Of a DNA stretch of 64,000 nucleotides, positions 29,669 through 38,540 are shown piece after piece. This DNA comes from Alphaproteobacteria bacterium UBA6187. Its GTDB lineage: Bacteria; Pseudomonadota; Alphaproteobacteria; Rickettsiales; UBA6187. The notes under the pieces were generated by a model, which searched no databases, had not been told where the DNA came from, and was given only the letters and a program-made list of their open reading frames with translations. The stretch lies in contig DITJ01000004.1 in assembly GCA_002422795.1 (NCBI GenBank), forward strand, positions 31,329 through 95,328, given 5' to 3'. How positions within the stretch are numbered: position 1 is the stretch's first letter; each line of letters starts with the position of its first letter. The translations under genes and the position numbers were made by a program.

Positions 29669-29905
29669 ATGTCAGGTCAACAGGATAGAAGCCAACAAAA
29701 CCCGCAGGCTGCGGCAGGCCAGCAGGCTAACCGAAGCGGCGCTGCAAACCGTAATGCTGCAGATGCCGGGCATGGTGAGGATGCAGGCAAAAAACAGCCA
29801 TCGGACAAAAGCCGCACAGGTAGCGGGGCTGCAAATCAGGACAAAGAAGGCGCTTCCAGAAACAAGTCTTCCCAAGGCGATAGGCGTTCTGCAAGTAATG
29901 AGTAA
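29669..29905 (+). CDS. small hydrophilic, intrinsically disordered protein
   Basis: AAGGAG lies 8 nt upstream, and a strong terminator follows immediately. The 78 aa are rich in Q/N/A/G/S/R/K/D with no hydrophobic core. Confidence 0.5.
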   Translation: MSGQQDRSQQNPQAAAGQQANRSGAANRNAADAGHGEDAGKKQPSDKSRTGSGAANQDKEGASRNKSSQGDRRSASNE

Positions 29906-29911
29906 ACTAAT

Positions 29912-29947
29912 AAGATGGGCCTGGTTCTCCAGGCCCATCTTGTTTTA
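29912..29947. terminator. bidirectional rho-independent terminator
   Basis: aagatgggcctgg-ttct-ccaggcccatctt plus gtttta. It lies between convergent genes. Confidence 0.8.
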
Positions 29948-30008
29948 TTCTTTCTACCCCATCTTCACCAGCTTCATATACGAATAATGAGCATTTAGTG
30001 CCGTGTTA

Positions 30009-31505
30009 TTATTGTTGGGCAATTTTTTCGTCTTCATTGTTGCCGCGAGAGGCAATTTTTGTATTAGCAAGGCCGCTTTCCTGTTTTTGGGGCTTAAATG
30101 TTGGTATTGGAACTTTTCTTCCGTTTATCCCAACCCGTATAGGTTTAAGCTCATCCATGTCGCTTATTGCCTCAATAGAGGAGGCTATTTTTGTACCGAC
30201 AATGCCGATTTCCTTAAATGTTGGCACCGGAACCTGTTTTCCATTTACCCCAACCCGTATAGGTTTGAACTCATCCATTTCGCTTATTGCCTCAATAGAG
30301 GAGGTTATTTTTGTACCGACAATGCCGACTTCCTTAAATGTTGGCACCGGAACCTGTTTTCCATTTACCCCAACCCGCTTAGGTTTAAACTCATCAATAT
30401 TTCCTACTTCCTCTATATCAATAGAGGAAGCAGCCTGTTCGTAAGAAACTACATTCACTTCCTGTGATGGCTGGGTATTTGTTGCACTTATTACCGGTTC
30501 ATTAACATCAGTGACTGTTTTTGCAGATGCCGCTACATTGCGTGAAAATGGTGCTTTGTCATTAGTTGAGCCGCCATTATTTGAAGATGTAGTTGTAGGT
30601 TTATCGGTATTCTTTTGTTTTTTATTCGAGGCTGTATTTTTTGTAGTATTGGTATTTGAAACTTCAGAACTTGCAGATTTTCCATTGGAAATATTATAAA
30701 ACGCCTGATCCAGAAGCTTAACCATATTTGCATCGCGGCTTTTAATGCTCCTCCCCCCCATCACAACACCTACCAGGCTTTTGCCGGAGCGGTTTGCTGA
30801 AGTTACCAGGTTAAAGCCCGAAGCCCTTATGTAGCCAGTTTTAAGGCCATCAGCGCCACGGTAGTTTTTAGTAACCCTGTTGTGCGAGAAAATGGTTTGC
30901 CCCTTATATTTGAAGCTTGAGCGGGAAAATAATGGGTAATATTGCGGATAATCCCTTTTAAGTGCTACAGCAAGGCGCGCCATGTCATAGGCTGTAGTAA
31001 CCTGTTTATTATTAGGAAGCCCGGAAGCATTCGCAAAATTGGTGTTTTTCATGCCAAGTTTCTTTGCGGTCTCGGTCATTTTTAATGCAAATTTTGGCTC
31101 GGAGCCGCTAATTGCTTCAGCAAGCACCACAGAGGCATCATTGGCAGATTTTATAACTACTGCGTTAATGGCATCCTGCATGGTGATTGTTTGCCCGGCG
31201 CGCAATGCTATAGAGCTTGGTGACTGGCTTGCTGCAAAGGAAGAAACACGCAGTTTCTGATTTATGTTCAGGGTGCCTTGTTCCAGGGATTGAAAAGCAA
31301 GGTATAACGTCATCATTTTAGTAAGTGAGGCCGGATATCGTTTCTTCCCGGCATTTTCCTGATGCAGCACACTGCCTGTCTCTGCATCAATTACTAAAGA
31401 GGCGTATTTTTCATTTTCAGCGGCTGCATAGCATGGCGCCGCGAATAAAGCCAATACTAATAAGCCAGTTACAGACTTTAAAATACTTTTTTTAAAGAAT
31501 CCCAC
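30009..31505 (-). CDS. D-alanyl-D-alanine carboxypeptidase (S11, PBP5/6-like) with a repeat-bearing C-terminal extension
   Basis: Signal peptide plus SxxK (SLTK), SxN (SAN) and KTG (LKTGY). The C-terminus carries three 40-aa tandem repeats (DEFKPxRVGVNGKQVPVPTFKExGIVGTKIxSSIEAIS). Confidence 0.85.
   Translation of the reverse strand: MGFFKKSILKSVTGLLVLALFAAPCYAAAENEKYASLVIDAETGSVLHQENAGKKRYPASLTKMMTLYLAFQSLEQGTLNINQKLRVSSFAASQSPSSIALRAGQTITMQDAINAVVIKSANDASVVLAEAISGSEPKFALKMTETAKKLGMKNTNFANASGLPNNKQVTTAYDMARLAVALKRDYPQYYPLFSRSSFKYKGQTIFSHNRVTKNYRGADGLKTGYIRASGFNLVTSANRSGKSLVGVVMGGRSIKSRDANMVKLLDQAFYNISNGKSASSEVSNTNTTKNTASNKKQKNTDKPTTTSSNNGGSTNDKAPFSRNVAASAKTVTDVNEPVISATNTQPSQEVNVVSYEQAASSIDIEEVGNIDEFKPKRVGVNGKQVPVPTFKEVGIVGTKITSSIEAISEMDEFKPIRVGVNGKQVPVPTFKEIGIVGTKIASSIEAISDMDELKPIRVGINGRKVPIPTFKPQKQESGLANTKIASRGNNEDEKIAQQ
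30093..30440. repeat. 3 x 120-bp tandem repeat inside the PBP gene
   Basis: The marker cttaaatgttgg recurs at 30093, 30213 and 30333. Copies 2 and 3 are nearly identical. Confidence 0.85.
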
Positions 31506-31652
31506 TTTCGCGCACCCTATCTATTATTGGTTGTTGATGGAGAAAAGCCAGCAAAATGAGTGACGTACATGTCACACACCGCGCCAGTTTACCAAAGATG
31601 CTATTGTGCCACAAATTAACACTATATTTCAACAATAATTATTGCCATTTTC

Positions 31653-32597
31653 CTAATATTTTGTAGGGAAACCAAGAAGTTTTAATGTGGCAAGGAAATG
31701 CTCTGGAAGTTCGGCTTCAAATTTCAACAACTTGTCGTCATAAGGTATTGTTAATTTACGGGCATGCAGGTGCATTTTTTTATTTGTATAGTCTGAAAAG
31801 GCACTTTTACCGCCATATTTGCCATCACCTAAGATTGGAGTACCTGCTTCTGCCATATGCACCCTTAGCTGGTGGGTGCGGCCGGTTATAGGGATAAGCT
31901 CAATCAGGCTGAATTCTTTTCCGGCGGCAGCAATCACCCTGAAATGCGTGGTTGCCTGTTTGCCGTCTTCATCACTTTGTACTTTTTCTTTGCCTGCGCC
32001 AACCGAGCCTTTTAAAAGCTTGTTGCTGATTCGGCCTTCTTTTTCTTTAGGCACCCCGGCAAGTACGGCCCAATAAATTTTTTCAGTTTGTTTATGGCGG
32101 AATAGTTCCGCCATGTTTGCGGCTGCCGCAGGGCGGCGGGCAAGCAATAGCACTCCGGTAGTATCTTTATCCAGCCTGTGTACCAGTTTCGGGCGCTCTT
32201 CATTGCCAAATTTAAGGCAGTCCAGCATGTCATCAAGGCTTAGCTTAATTCCTGTGCCGCCTTGTACGGAAAGCCCTTCTGGCTTGTTAATCACCACTAC
32301 ATCGGCATTTTTGAATATTACGCTGTTTAACAGCTGGTTTTCCTGGTCTTTTGTCCAGGATACTGGCTTCTTAAGTTTAGTAGCAGGCCTTGGTTTATAT
32401 GGAGGAACCCTTACCATCTGCCCTTCTTCAAGGCGCGCATTGGATTTTACCCGCTTTTTATCAACCCTTATATCGCCTTTGCGCAAGGATTTTTCCATAG
32501 TAATATGTGGAAAATCAGGAAAATGCCTCTTAAACCAGCGGTCCAGGCGGATGCCGTTATCTTCACGTGATACTGCAATATTCTGCACTCCGGCCAT
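31653..32597 (-). CDS. rluC: RluA-family 23S rRNA pseudouridine synthase (RluC-like)
   Basis: N-terminal S4-like domain, catalytic HRLDKDTTG, and the TGRTHQLRVH motif. Confidence 0.85.
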   Translation of the reverse strand: MAGVQNIAVSREDNGIRLDRWFKRHFPDFPHITMEKSLRKGDIRVDKKRVKSNARLEEGQMVRVPPYKPRPATKLKKPVSWTKDQENQLLNSVIFKNADVVVINKPEGLSVQGGTGIKLSLDDMLDCLKFGNEERPKLVHRLDKDTTGVLLLARRPAAAANMAELFRHKQTEKIYWAVLAGVPKEKEGRISNKLLKGSVGAGKEKVQSDEDGKQATTHFRVIAAAGKEFSLIELIPITGRTHQLRVHMAEAGTPILGDGKYGGKSAFSDYTNKKMHLHARKLTIPYDDKLLKFEAELPEHFLATLKLLGFPTKY

Positions 32598-32626
32598 TTT
32601 TTTATTCCTTATTTCTTTGATTGAAG

Positions 32627-32659
32627 AAGATTGCAGATTATTTTTTAATCTTAAATCTT
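32627..32659. repeat. short repeat-arm hairpin, TTAAGAT family
   Basis: aagattgcagatt faces aatcttaaatctt, between mazG and rluC. Confidence 0.55.
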
Positions 32660-32661
32660 AA

Positions 32662-33456
32662 TTATTTAGACTTTTCCAGCTTTTTCGCTTCATCCCACAG
32701 CCTGTCCATTTCTTCCAGGCTTGCTTTTTTTATATCCGATCCAGCAATAGCTATACTAGTTTCAACGTAACGGAAGCGACGTTCAAATTTTGCATTACAG
32801 CCGCGCAAGGCCTCTTCCGGATCTATACCCAGTTTTCTAGATAAATTCACAACAGCAAATAATAAATCGCCAACTTCTTCCTTTATGCCGTCATTATCAA
32901 CCACGGCTTGCTTCACTTCATATAGCTCTTCCTCAATCTTTGCAAGCACGCCTGTTAAATCTGGCCAATCGAAGCCCACTTTTGCAGCGCGTTTCTGTAA
33001 TTTTGCAGCGCGGAGTAATGCCGGAAGTGCTTTGGCTACGCCATCTAAGTTGCTGTGCGGTATGTTGCTTGCGGCTTTATTCTTACGTTCCTGCTCTTTT
33101 TGTTCCTCCCAGGCGATTTCCTGCTGGGAAGCGGTTTTGATTTCCGCATCACCAAATACATGCGGATGCCTTACTATCAATTTATTTATTATGGCGGCTG
33201 CAACATCTTCAAAATCAAATATTTTTTGCTCTGAGGCCATTTGCGAGTGAAACACCACCTGCAAAAGCAAATCCCCCAGTTCTTCCCTTAATCCGTCCAT
33301 ATCATTTTTTTCGATGGCATCAAGAACCTCATAAGCTTCTTCGATGGTACAAGGGGCAATGGATGCAAAATTCTGCTCGACATCCCATGGGCAACCATTT
33401 TCCGGATCGCGCAGGCGGGACATTATTTCTTTTAGCTGGGTAATTTTACTGGTCAT
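32662..33456 (-). CDS. mazG: nucleoside triphosphate pyrophosphohydrolase MazG
   Basis: Two MazG repeats with EELGDLLLQVVFH and EEVGDLLFAVVNL. Confidence 0.9.
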   Translation of the reverse strand: MTSKITQLKEIMSRLRDPENGCPWDVEQNFASIAPCTIEEAYEVLDAIEKNDMDGLREELGDLLLQVVFHSQMASEQKIFDFEDVAAAIINKLIVRHPHVFGDAEIKTASQQEIAWEEQKEQERKNKAASNIPHSNLDGVAKALPALLRAAKLQKRAAKVGFDWPDLTGVLAKIEEELYEVKQAVVDNDGIKEEVGDLLFAVVNLSRKLGIDPEEALRGCNAKFERRFRYVETSIAIAGSDIKKASLEEMDRLWDEAKKLEKSK

Positions 33457-34308
33457 TTATTTATCTTCAAATGCAAATGCAATTTTATATGAGAATGTTT
33501 TCTTGTCGGAATAATAGTTATCTGGCACCGGTATTACCGGGTCTGCATCGGCAATCATCTGGGTTAGGGCGTTATCAAGAACCTTCGAGCCTGTACTTTT
33601 TATAATTCTTGAAAGCAATATCCTGCCTTTCCTGTCTATTTTTATAAATATTTCGCCTGTACCTGTAATATGATTTTCTTTTGCGTAAGCCGGGTATTTC
33701 TTAAATTTATAAAGCCAAAGCGGCAGAAGTTGTTCATATGAAGTTATTTTTCCTGCATCTTTATTAACGGAATTTCCGATAACAACCCCCTCTTCTTCAT
33801 CTGCACTATCAGCCTGCTTGCCCGCTGCTGGCGCATATTCCTGCAATGGAACGGGTAAATCTATATTTTTAGCTGCCTGTTCTAAAACACGTTCAAATTC
33901 CTGTTGTTCGCCTAAAGAGGAGGCATCGCCCTTTTCAGCATTATGAGCAAGAGAGGCAATATTTTTGCCTGATTTTTCTATATCGCCGTTATTGTTTATA
34001 GAAGTGGTATCTTTTTTATTTTCCGGACTTTTATTTAGATAGGCTGCCTGGCCAGTTCTTGTGCTGTTGCCAGCCATTTCTTTTTGTGCTGCTGCGGAAA
34101 CCCCTGCATTGTAAGATGTATATTTTTGTATGCTGGCGGCATTGCCGGCTCTTGCCTTATCCTGTATTCCAAGTTTTACCCTCACCTTTTTGTAGCCTTC
34201 CGGCTCGGCTTTATCAGGTATTGTGAATAAAACCGTGAGGACAAAAAGATGCACCGCAAACGAGAGCAGTAAAGTTATACCAAAATATTTTTGCTGCTTA
34301 TGCTTCAT
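33457..34308 (-). CDS. tonB: TonB family energy transducer
   Basis: N-terminal TM segment, a low-complexity linker, and a C-terminal TonB domain (YPAYAKENHITGTGEIFIKIDRKGRI). Confidence 0.75.
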   Translation of the reverse strand: MKHKQQKYFGITLLLSFAVHLFVLTVLFTIPDKAEPEGYKKVRVKLGIQDKARAGNAASIQKYTSYNAGVSAAAQKEMAGNSTRTGQAAYLNKSPENKKDTTSINNNGDIEKSGKNIASLAHNAEKGDASSLGEQQEFERVLEQAAKNIDLPVPLQEYAPAAGKQADSADEEEGVVIGNSVNKDAGKITSYEQLLPLWLYKFKKYPAYAKENHITGTGEIFIKIDRKGRILLSRIIKSTGSKVLDNALTQMIADADPVIPVPDNYYSDKKTFSYKIAFAFEDK

Positions 34309-34311
34309 TCT

Positions 34312-34716
34312 TTATTTCACAATCTTAGTAATAATTGAAACGTCACTGCCGCCAACATTTTCTATTGTTTTCATAACCCATATAAGGTCTTTGGAAGTCA
34401 CTTCTGCATCTGATTTTATTATCAGTTCTTTTCCTTTATTTTCAAGGACTAATGTGTTTATTATGGTGGAAAAATCTTTTCTTGCAACAAAATCGTCATT
34501 TACAGCAAGTCTACCATCTTTATGCATATATATAACGCTAACCCTTTGTGGTTTTGCGACGCCTTTTTTAGAAGCATCCGGTAAATTAAGTGCAAACATG
34601 TCTGTTTTTTCAATAGTCCCTGCAACCATAAAAAAGGTAAGCAGAAGGAAAATTATATTTACCAGTGGAATAAGGTTTATTTCCTTTCGGCCGGTTCTTG
34701 CTTTATTTTCCAGCAT
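34312..34716 (-). CDS. exbD: ExbD/TolR family protein (second copy)
   Basis: EINLIPLVNIIFLLLTFFMV TM motif. ATG 34716 was preferred over 34752 to limit overlap with the upstream gene. Confidence 0.8.
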   Translation of the reverse strand: MLENKARTGRKEINLIPLVNIIFLLLTFFMVAGTIEKTDMFALNLPDASKKGVAKPQRVSVIYMHKDGRLAVNDDFVARKDFSTIINTLVLENKGKELIIKSDAEVTSKDLIWVMKTIENVGGSDVSIITKIVK

Positions 34717-35122
34717 TTTCAATATCCTCCGCAAGTGATATATTTTTACCACCGCTAGATTTTATGGAATCTATCGCGGTCACAACATCCTGCACTGAAG
34801 CAGTTTTCTTACTTGATACCACAATCTCGGCTTCTGTGAATTTTTCCAGAAGCGGTTTTATTTTTTCGTCTAATTGCAGTAAATTATATTCTTTGCCATC
34901 TAAAAGGAACTTTCCCGAGCCGGTTAAGGTTACAAGAATGGTTTTGCTTTTAGCCGCGCCAGACTCACTGTCCTTGGAATCATTAGAAAGATTAAGGTTC
35001 AATATTTCCATATGCAGGAATTGGGTAGTAAGCATAAAAAACAACAGTAGAACAATTAAAATATCTACAAGCGAAGTTATATTTATGGTTATACGTTTTT
35101 TCGGTTTTTCGCCAAAGTTCAT
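34703..35122 (-). CDS. exbD: ExbD/TolR family protein (first copy)
   Basis: INITSLVDILIVLLLFFML TM motif plus a periplasmic domain. Confidence 0.8.
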   Translation of the reverse strand: MNFGEKPKKRITINITSLVDILIVLLLFFMLTTQFLHMEILNLNLSNDSKDSESGAAKSKTILVTLTGSGKFLLDGKEYNLLQLDEKIKPLLEKFTEAEIVVSSKKTASVQDVVTAIDSIKSSGGKNISLAEDIENAGK

Positions 35123-35127
35123 AAGAA

Positions 35128-35199
35128 TAGTTGCTAGTTGCTAGTTGCTAGTTGCTAGTGGCTGGGTACTAGTAACTAGTAACTAGCAACTAGCAACTA
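35128..35199. repeat. repeat-arm hairpin, (TAGTTGC)x4 facing (CTAGTAAC/CTAGCAAC)x4
   Basis: It fills the exbB-exbD spacer and ends 5 nt from the exbD ATG. TAG recurs at period 7, so it falls in all three frames on both strands. Confidence 0.9.
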
Positions 35200-35201
35200 A
35201 A

Positions 35202-35831
35202 TTAATTTACACTACGCGCCATTATGCACATAACAGCATCTTTTATTGTCGCCCGCACGGAATCTATACGGCCTTCTAATATATAATGTGCAGCAAGTGA
35301 TGGTATGGCAACTGCAAGACCTGCAACGGTTGCAATTAATGCTTCCCATATTCCGCCTGCAAGCAGCGCCGGGTCTACGCCGGAACCGGTTTGGCTAATA
35401 CCTGCAAATACTTTTACCATGCCGGTAACAGTGCCAAGAAGCCCAAGAAGCGGGGCTATATTAGCAATCATTTCCAGCCCGCGCAAATGAGTTTCATACT
35501 GGCGTATTTCTCTGATTGCAGTGCTCTCAACAATCCTTATCCGCTTTTCATCCGTAAGCGCCCTGTTGCTAACGGCGTTAATAGCTGTTTCAATAACTTT
35601 TGCGGCAGGGCCTTTGTTATTGCCTGCTATATTCATGGCTTCGGCCATTTTGTTATCTGCAACGGCTGCGATTATTTTATCTATAAACGCAGTGGCAAGT
35701 GCGCCGGTTGCCCAGAACTGGTATATTTTATACATTATTACAGCCATAACATAAACGGAAAGAACCAATATAACCGGCATAACAACGCCGCCTTTTGCCA
35801 GTAATTCTGTGAGTATCATATTAATTTCCAA
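35202..35831 (-). CDS. exbB: MotA/TolQ/ExbB proton-channel protein
   Basis: 3 TM segments and the conserved LGLLGTVTGM motif. Confidence 0.85.
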   Translation of the reverse strand: MEINMILTELLAKGGVVMPVILVLSVYVMAVIMYKIYQFWATGALATAFIDKIIAAVADNKMAEAMNIAGNNKGPAAKVIETAINAVSNRALTDEKRIRIVESTAIREIRQYETHLRGLEMIANIAPLLGLLGTVTGMVKVFAGISQTGSGVDPALLAGGIWEALIATVAGLAVAIPSLAAHYILEGRIDSVRATIKDAVMCIMARSVN

Positions 35832-36000
35832 ATAATATTAACATTTCTATTGCTGGTATTTACAGCAAGCATATTGATGCAGCCTAAAATACTTATACTA
35901 TAGTAGCTTCTATTTTGAAATTAGCAATTGCGAATAAATGCTTTATCAACTACAATTTACCCATGTGCAATATAGGTAATTAGGGCGGGGTGTTATAGCA

Positions 36001-38538
36001 ATGGCTAACAAGAAGTTTTCAGCTCGCACTATAGGTGATATAGAAGAAATAGAAGTTGAGTCGATAGAGCAGGATATGTCGGATATTATAGAGGATGAGC
36101 CTCTTCCTGTAGAAGAAGCTACAGAAATCAATAAAGTTACCAATCCCCTTAAAAAGACGCTAAAGCGCATTATTGCAGGTGCGGTAATAATAGTGCTTGC
36201 TGTAGTGCTTTTCTTTCTTGGCGGAGTTTTCGGTTCGGGAGAGGGAATATCAACTATCGCCCCGTCGCCTGTTAATCCAGGAAATAATAATAAACTAGTA
36301 TACGTAACCGGTGCTGCTCTTGAGCAGGAGTTTACCGATCCCATGTTTAATGTTTCCGCCAGGGGTCTGGGGCTTGAGCGCCTGGTAGAAATGTACCAGT
36401 GGAGCCTGGAAAAAGATACTTATATAAAAAAATGGTCCAGTGAGCCAATTGCAATATCTGATGAGGATGCAAAAAATAAGGGTTTTATAAATCCGGCAGA
36501 ACTGCCTTTCTTCTCTGATAAATGGCTGGCGGATAAGGTAATGATTGGCGATTTCAATATTTCCCCTGAGCTTGTAAAGCAGTTGAGTAATTCAACCCCC
36601 CTTGCTGTTACAGAGGAGAATTTCAATAAACTTAATGAAGATGGAAAAAACGCATTTAAACTTTTTGAGGGCGGTTATTTCTTTGGAATAGACCCCGCAA
36701 ATCCCCATATTGGCGATTTAAGGATTACCTTTAAAGCTTCTGCTGCCGGCCAACTTACTGTACTTGCGAAGCAATCTGCAAATTCATTGGAGCCATATAT
36801 TGGCAAGAATGGACTTGTTGGAATATTACGCGCTGGGAATCATGACCTTGCCGCAATGAAACAGGGTATCGTTGCCAGTGGAAATCTGATGCTAACTATA
36901 GCAATGCGTGCAGTGTCGGTTTTATGCTTAATAATTGGCGGCCTGATAATTATAGGTAAAAACCCTTTCCGTAAAAAAGAAAAAATCCAGGAAGGTAACT
37001 CCATCTCTCCTATGATAGTCCGGGAGGAAACAGAAAGTTATGTAGATGCGGAGGAAGATGTCCAGGTTGCCGATGACGAGGAGTATGACATTCCTACGGA
37101 TATTATCGAGCCTAATGATATAATGGTAACAGAAACTCCAACTATTAAAGAAACTCGGCCTTCTACCTATGTTGATCCTGTTTTAATGCGTCTATCTACC
37201 ACTGATGAAGATGGTAAAAAAAGGAATGTTAATATTCCGGTAATAGAAAAAACGGAAGCGCCTGCGCCACTTGAATTTGAAATGGAAGATTCTAATCACG
37301 ATATTTATGCGGGTGAAGAGTCTAAGCAGCATCAATCTTTAGGGGAATATGAAAATAAACCCGGTTCAACTGGTAATAACGCATATGTAAGTATGGACAA
37401 GGGGAATCAGCCTGGAACGACTTATGAGCCGAGAGCAGAATCCAATCGTTATGTAAGCAGCGGGTATTCAAAAGAATACGAAGATGAAATGCCAGATGGG
37501 GTTGATGTTATTAGTGATGGCGGCTTTGAAGAGATGGCCGGTGATATTAATTCGGACGTAGCTGAACAAAGCAATTCTTTCGATAGCTACCAAAATCCTT
37601 TTTCTGCGCCGAGCCATACTCTTATGGAAGAGGTAAGTTATCTTGATAATTCAACCCAAATTCCTGACGAGGTAGAGGTTATTTCTGAAGAAGAAGATGC
37701 CCCTGAATCTCTTTGGGAGGCTAAGGAGCCGCTGCATTCTTTAAGTTCTGATGAATTGCCAGATAATATAAGCGACAACTCGGAAGAGCCTGTATTTGCT
37801 GAGCATGATGCGCTGCAAAACATTCTATCGCCTCTTTCAACAGCCCATGATTTGCCTGATGCTCAAATCACTCCTGAGCCGGAATTGCCGTCATGGGAGG
37901 AGGCTGAGCTAGAGGAAGAAGATAATGGTCAAGCCAGCTTACCTGCGCTTCCGCCGCTACCTGATTTCCTAAGTTTCAAGAATGCGCCTGAGCCGGAATT
38001 GCCATCATGGGAGGAGCCTGAGCTGGAGGAAGAAGATAATGTTCAAGCCAGCCTGCCTGCGCTTCCGCCATTGCCTGATTTCCTAAGTTTCAAAAATGCG
38101 CCTGAGCCGGAATTACCATCATGGGAGGAGCCTGAGCTGGAGGAAGAAGATAATGGTCAAGCCAGCCTGCCTGCGCTTCCGCCATTGCCTGATTTCCTAA
38201 GTTTCAAGAATCCGCCTGAGCCGGAATTGCCATCATGGGCTGAGCCTGAACTGGATGAAGAAAATGAAGAGCCAGCCAGCTTACCTGCGCTTCCGCCACT
38301 TCCTGATTTTGATAAATTTACAAGTCCGGTTGCGAAGCAAAGTGAGGCTATGGATAATATAGATTCAAATCCTTTATTTGATTTACCTAATATCCCGGAA
38401 GATTTTGATCCTAACCAGGAGATGCCTGCGTTATCAACCATGGATATTGAGGATTTTAGCGACACACCGATGGAAGAAGATGCTTATTCGCCATTTGATA
38501 CAGAAGATACGTTTGCCACTACCGAAGAAGAGAAATAA
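36001..38538 (+). CDS. TMEM43/DUF1625-like membrane protein with a ~520-aa acidic, proline-rich repeat tail
   Basis: The N-terminal half has a TM segment, VEMYQW, GFINPAELPF, GDLRITFKA, and a second TM (MLTIAMRAVSVLCLIIGGLIIIG). The C-terminal half is D/E-rich and includes 4 x 38-aa repeats. Confidence 0.65.
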   Translation: MANKKFSARTIGDIEEIEVESIEQDMSDIIEDEPLPVEEATEINKVTNPLKKTLKRIIAGAVIIVLAVVLFFLGGVFGSGEGISTIAPSPVNPGNNNKLVYVTGAALEQEFTDPMFNVSARGLGLERLVEMYQWSLEKDTYIKKWSSEPIAISDEDAKNKGFINPAELPFFSDKWLADKVMIGDFNISPELVKQLSNSTPLAVTEENFNKLNEDGKNAFKLFEGGYFFGIDPANPHIGDLRITFKASAAGQLTVLAKQSANSLEPYIGKNGLVGILRAGNHDLAAMKQGIVASGNLMLTIAMRAVSVLCLIIGGLIIIGKNPFRKKEKIQEGNSISPMIVREETESYVDAEEDVQVADDEEYDIPTDIIEPNDIMVTETPTIKETRPSTYVDPVLMRLSTTDEDGKKRNVNIPVIEKTEAPAPLEFEMEDSNHDIYAGEESKQHQSLGEYENKPGSTGNNAYVSMDKGNQPGTTYEPRAESNRYVSSGYSKEYEDEMPDGVDVISDGGFEEMAGDINSDVAEQSNSFDSYQNPFSAPSHTLMEEVSYLDNSTQIPDEVEVISEEEDAPESLWEAKEPLHSLSSDELPDNISDNSEEPVFAEHDALQNILSPLSTAHDLPDAQITPEPELPSWEEAELEEEDNGQASLPALPPLPDFLSFKNAPEPELPSWEEPELEEEDNVQASLPALPPLPDFLSFKNAPEPELPSWEEPELEEEDNGQASLPALPPLPDFLSFKNPPEPELPSWAEPELDEENEEPASLPALPPLPDFDKFTSPVAKQSEAMDNIDSNPLFDLPNIPEDFDPNQEMPALSTMDIEDFSDTPMEEDAYSPFDTEDTFATTEEEK
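37873..38316. repeat. 4 x 114-bp tandem repeat encoding PEPELPSWEEPELEEEDNGQASLPALPPLPDFLSFKNA
   Basis: The marker cctgagccggaatt recurs at 37873, 37987, 38101 and 38215. Confidence 0.9.
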
Positions 38539-38540
38539 AC

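Noticed and set aside
29998-30467. Two plus-strand ORFs (148 and 154 aa) with internally repeated peptide sequence.
   Set aside because: They are the antisense reading of the 3 x 120-bp repeat inside the DD-carboxypeptidase gene. Their repetitiveness is inherited from that gene.
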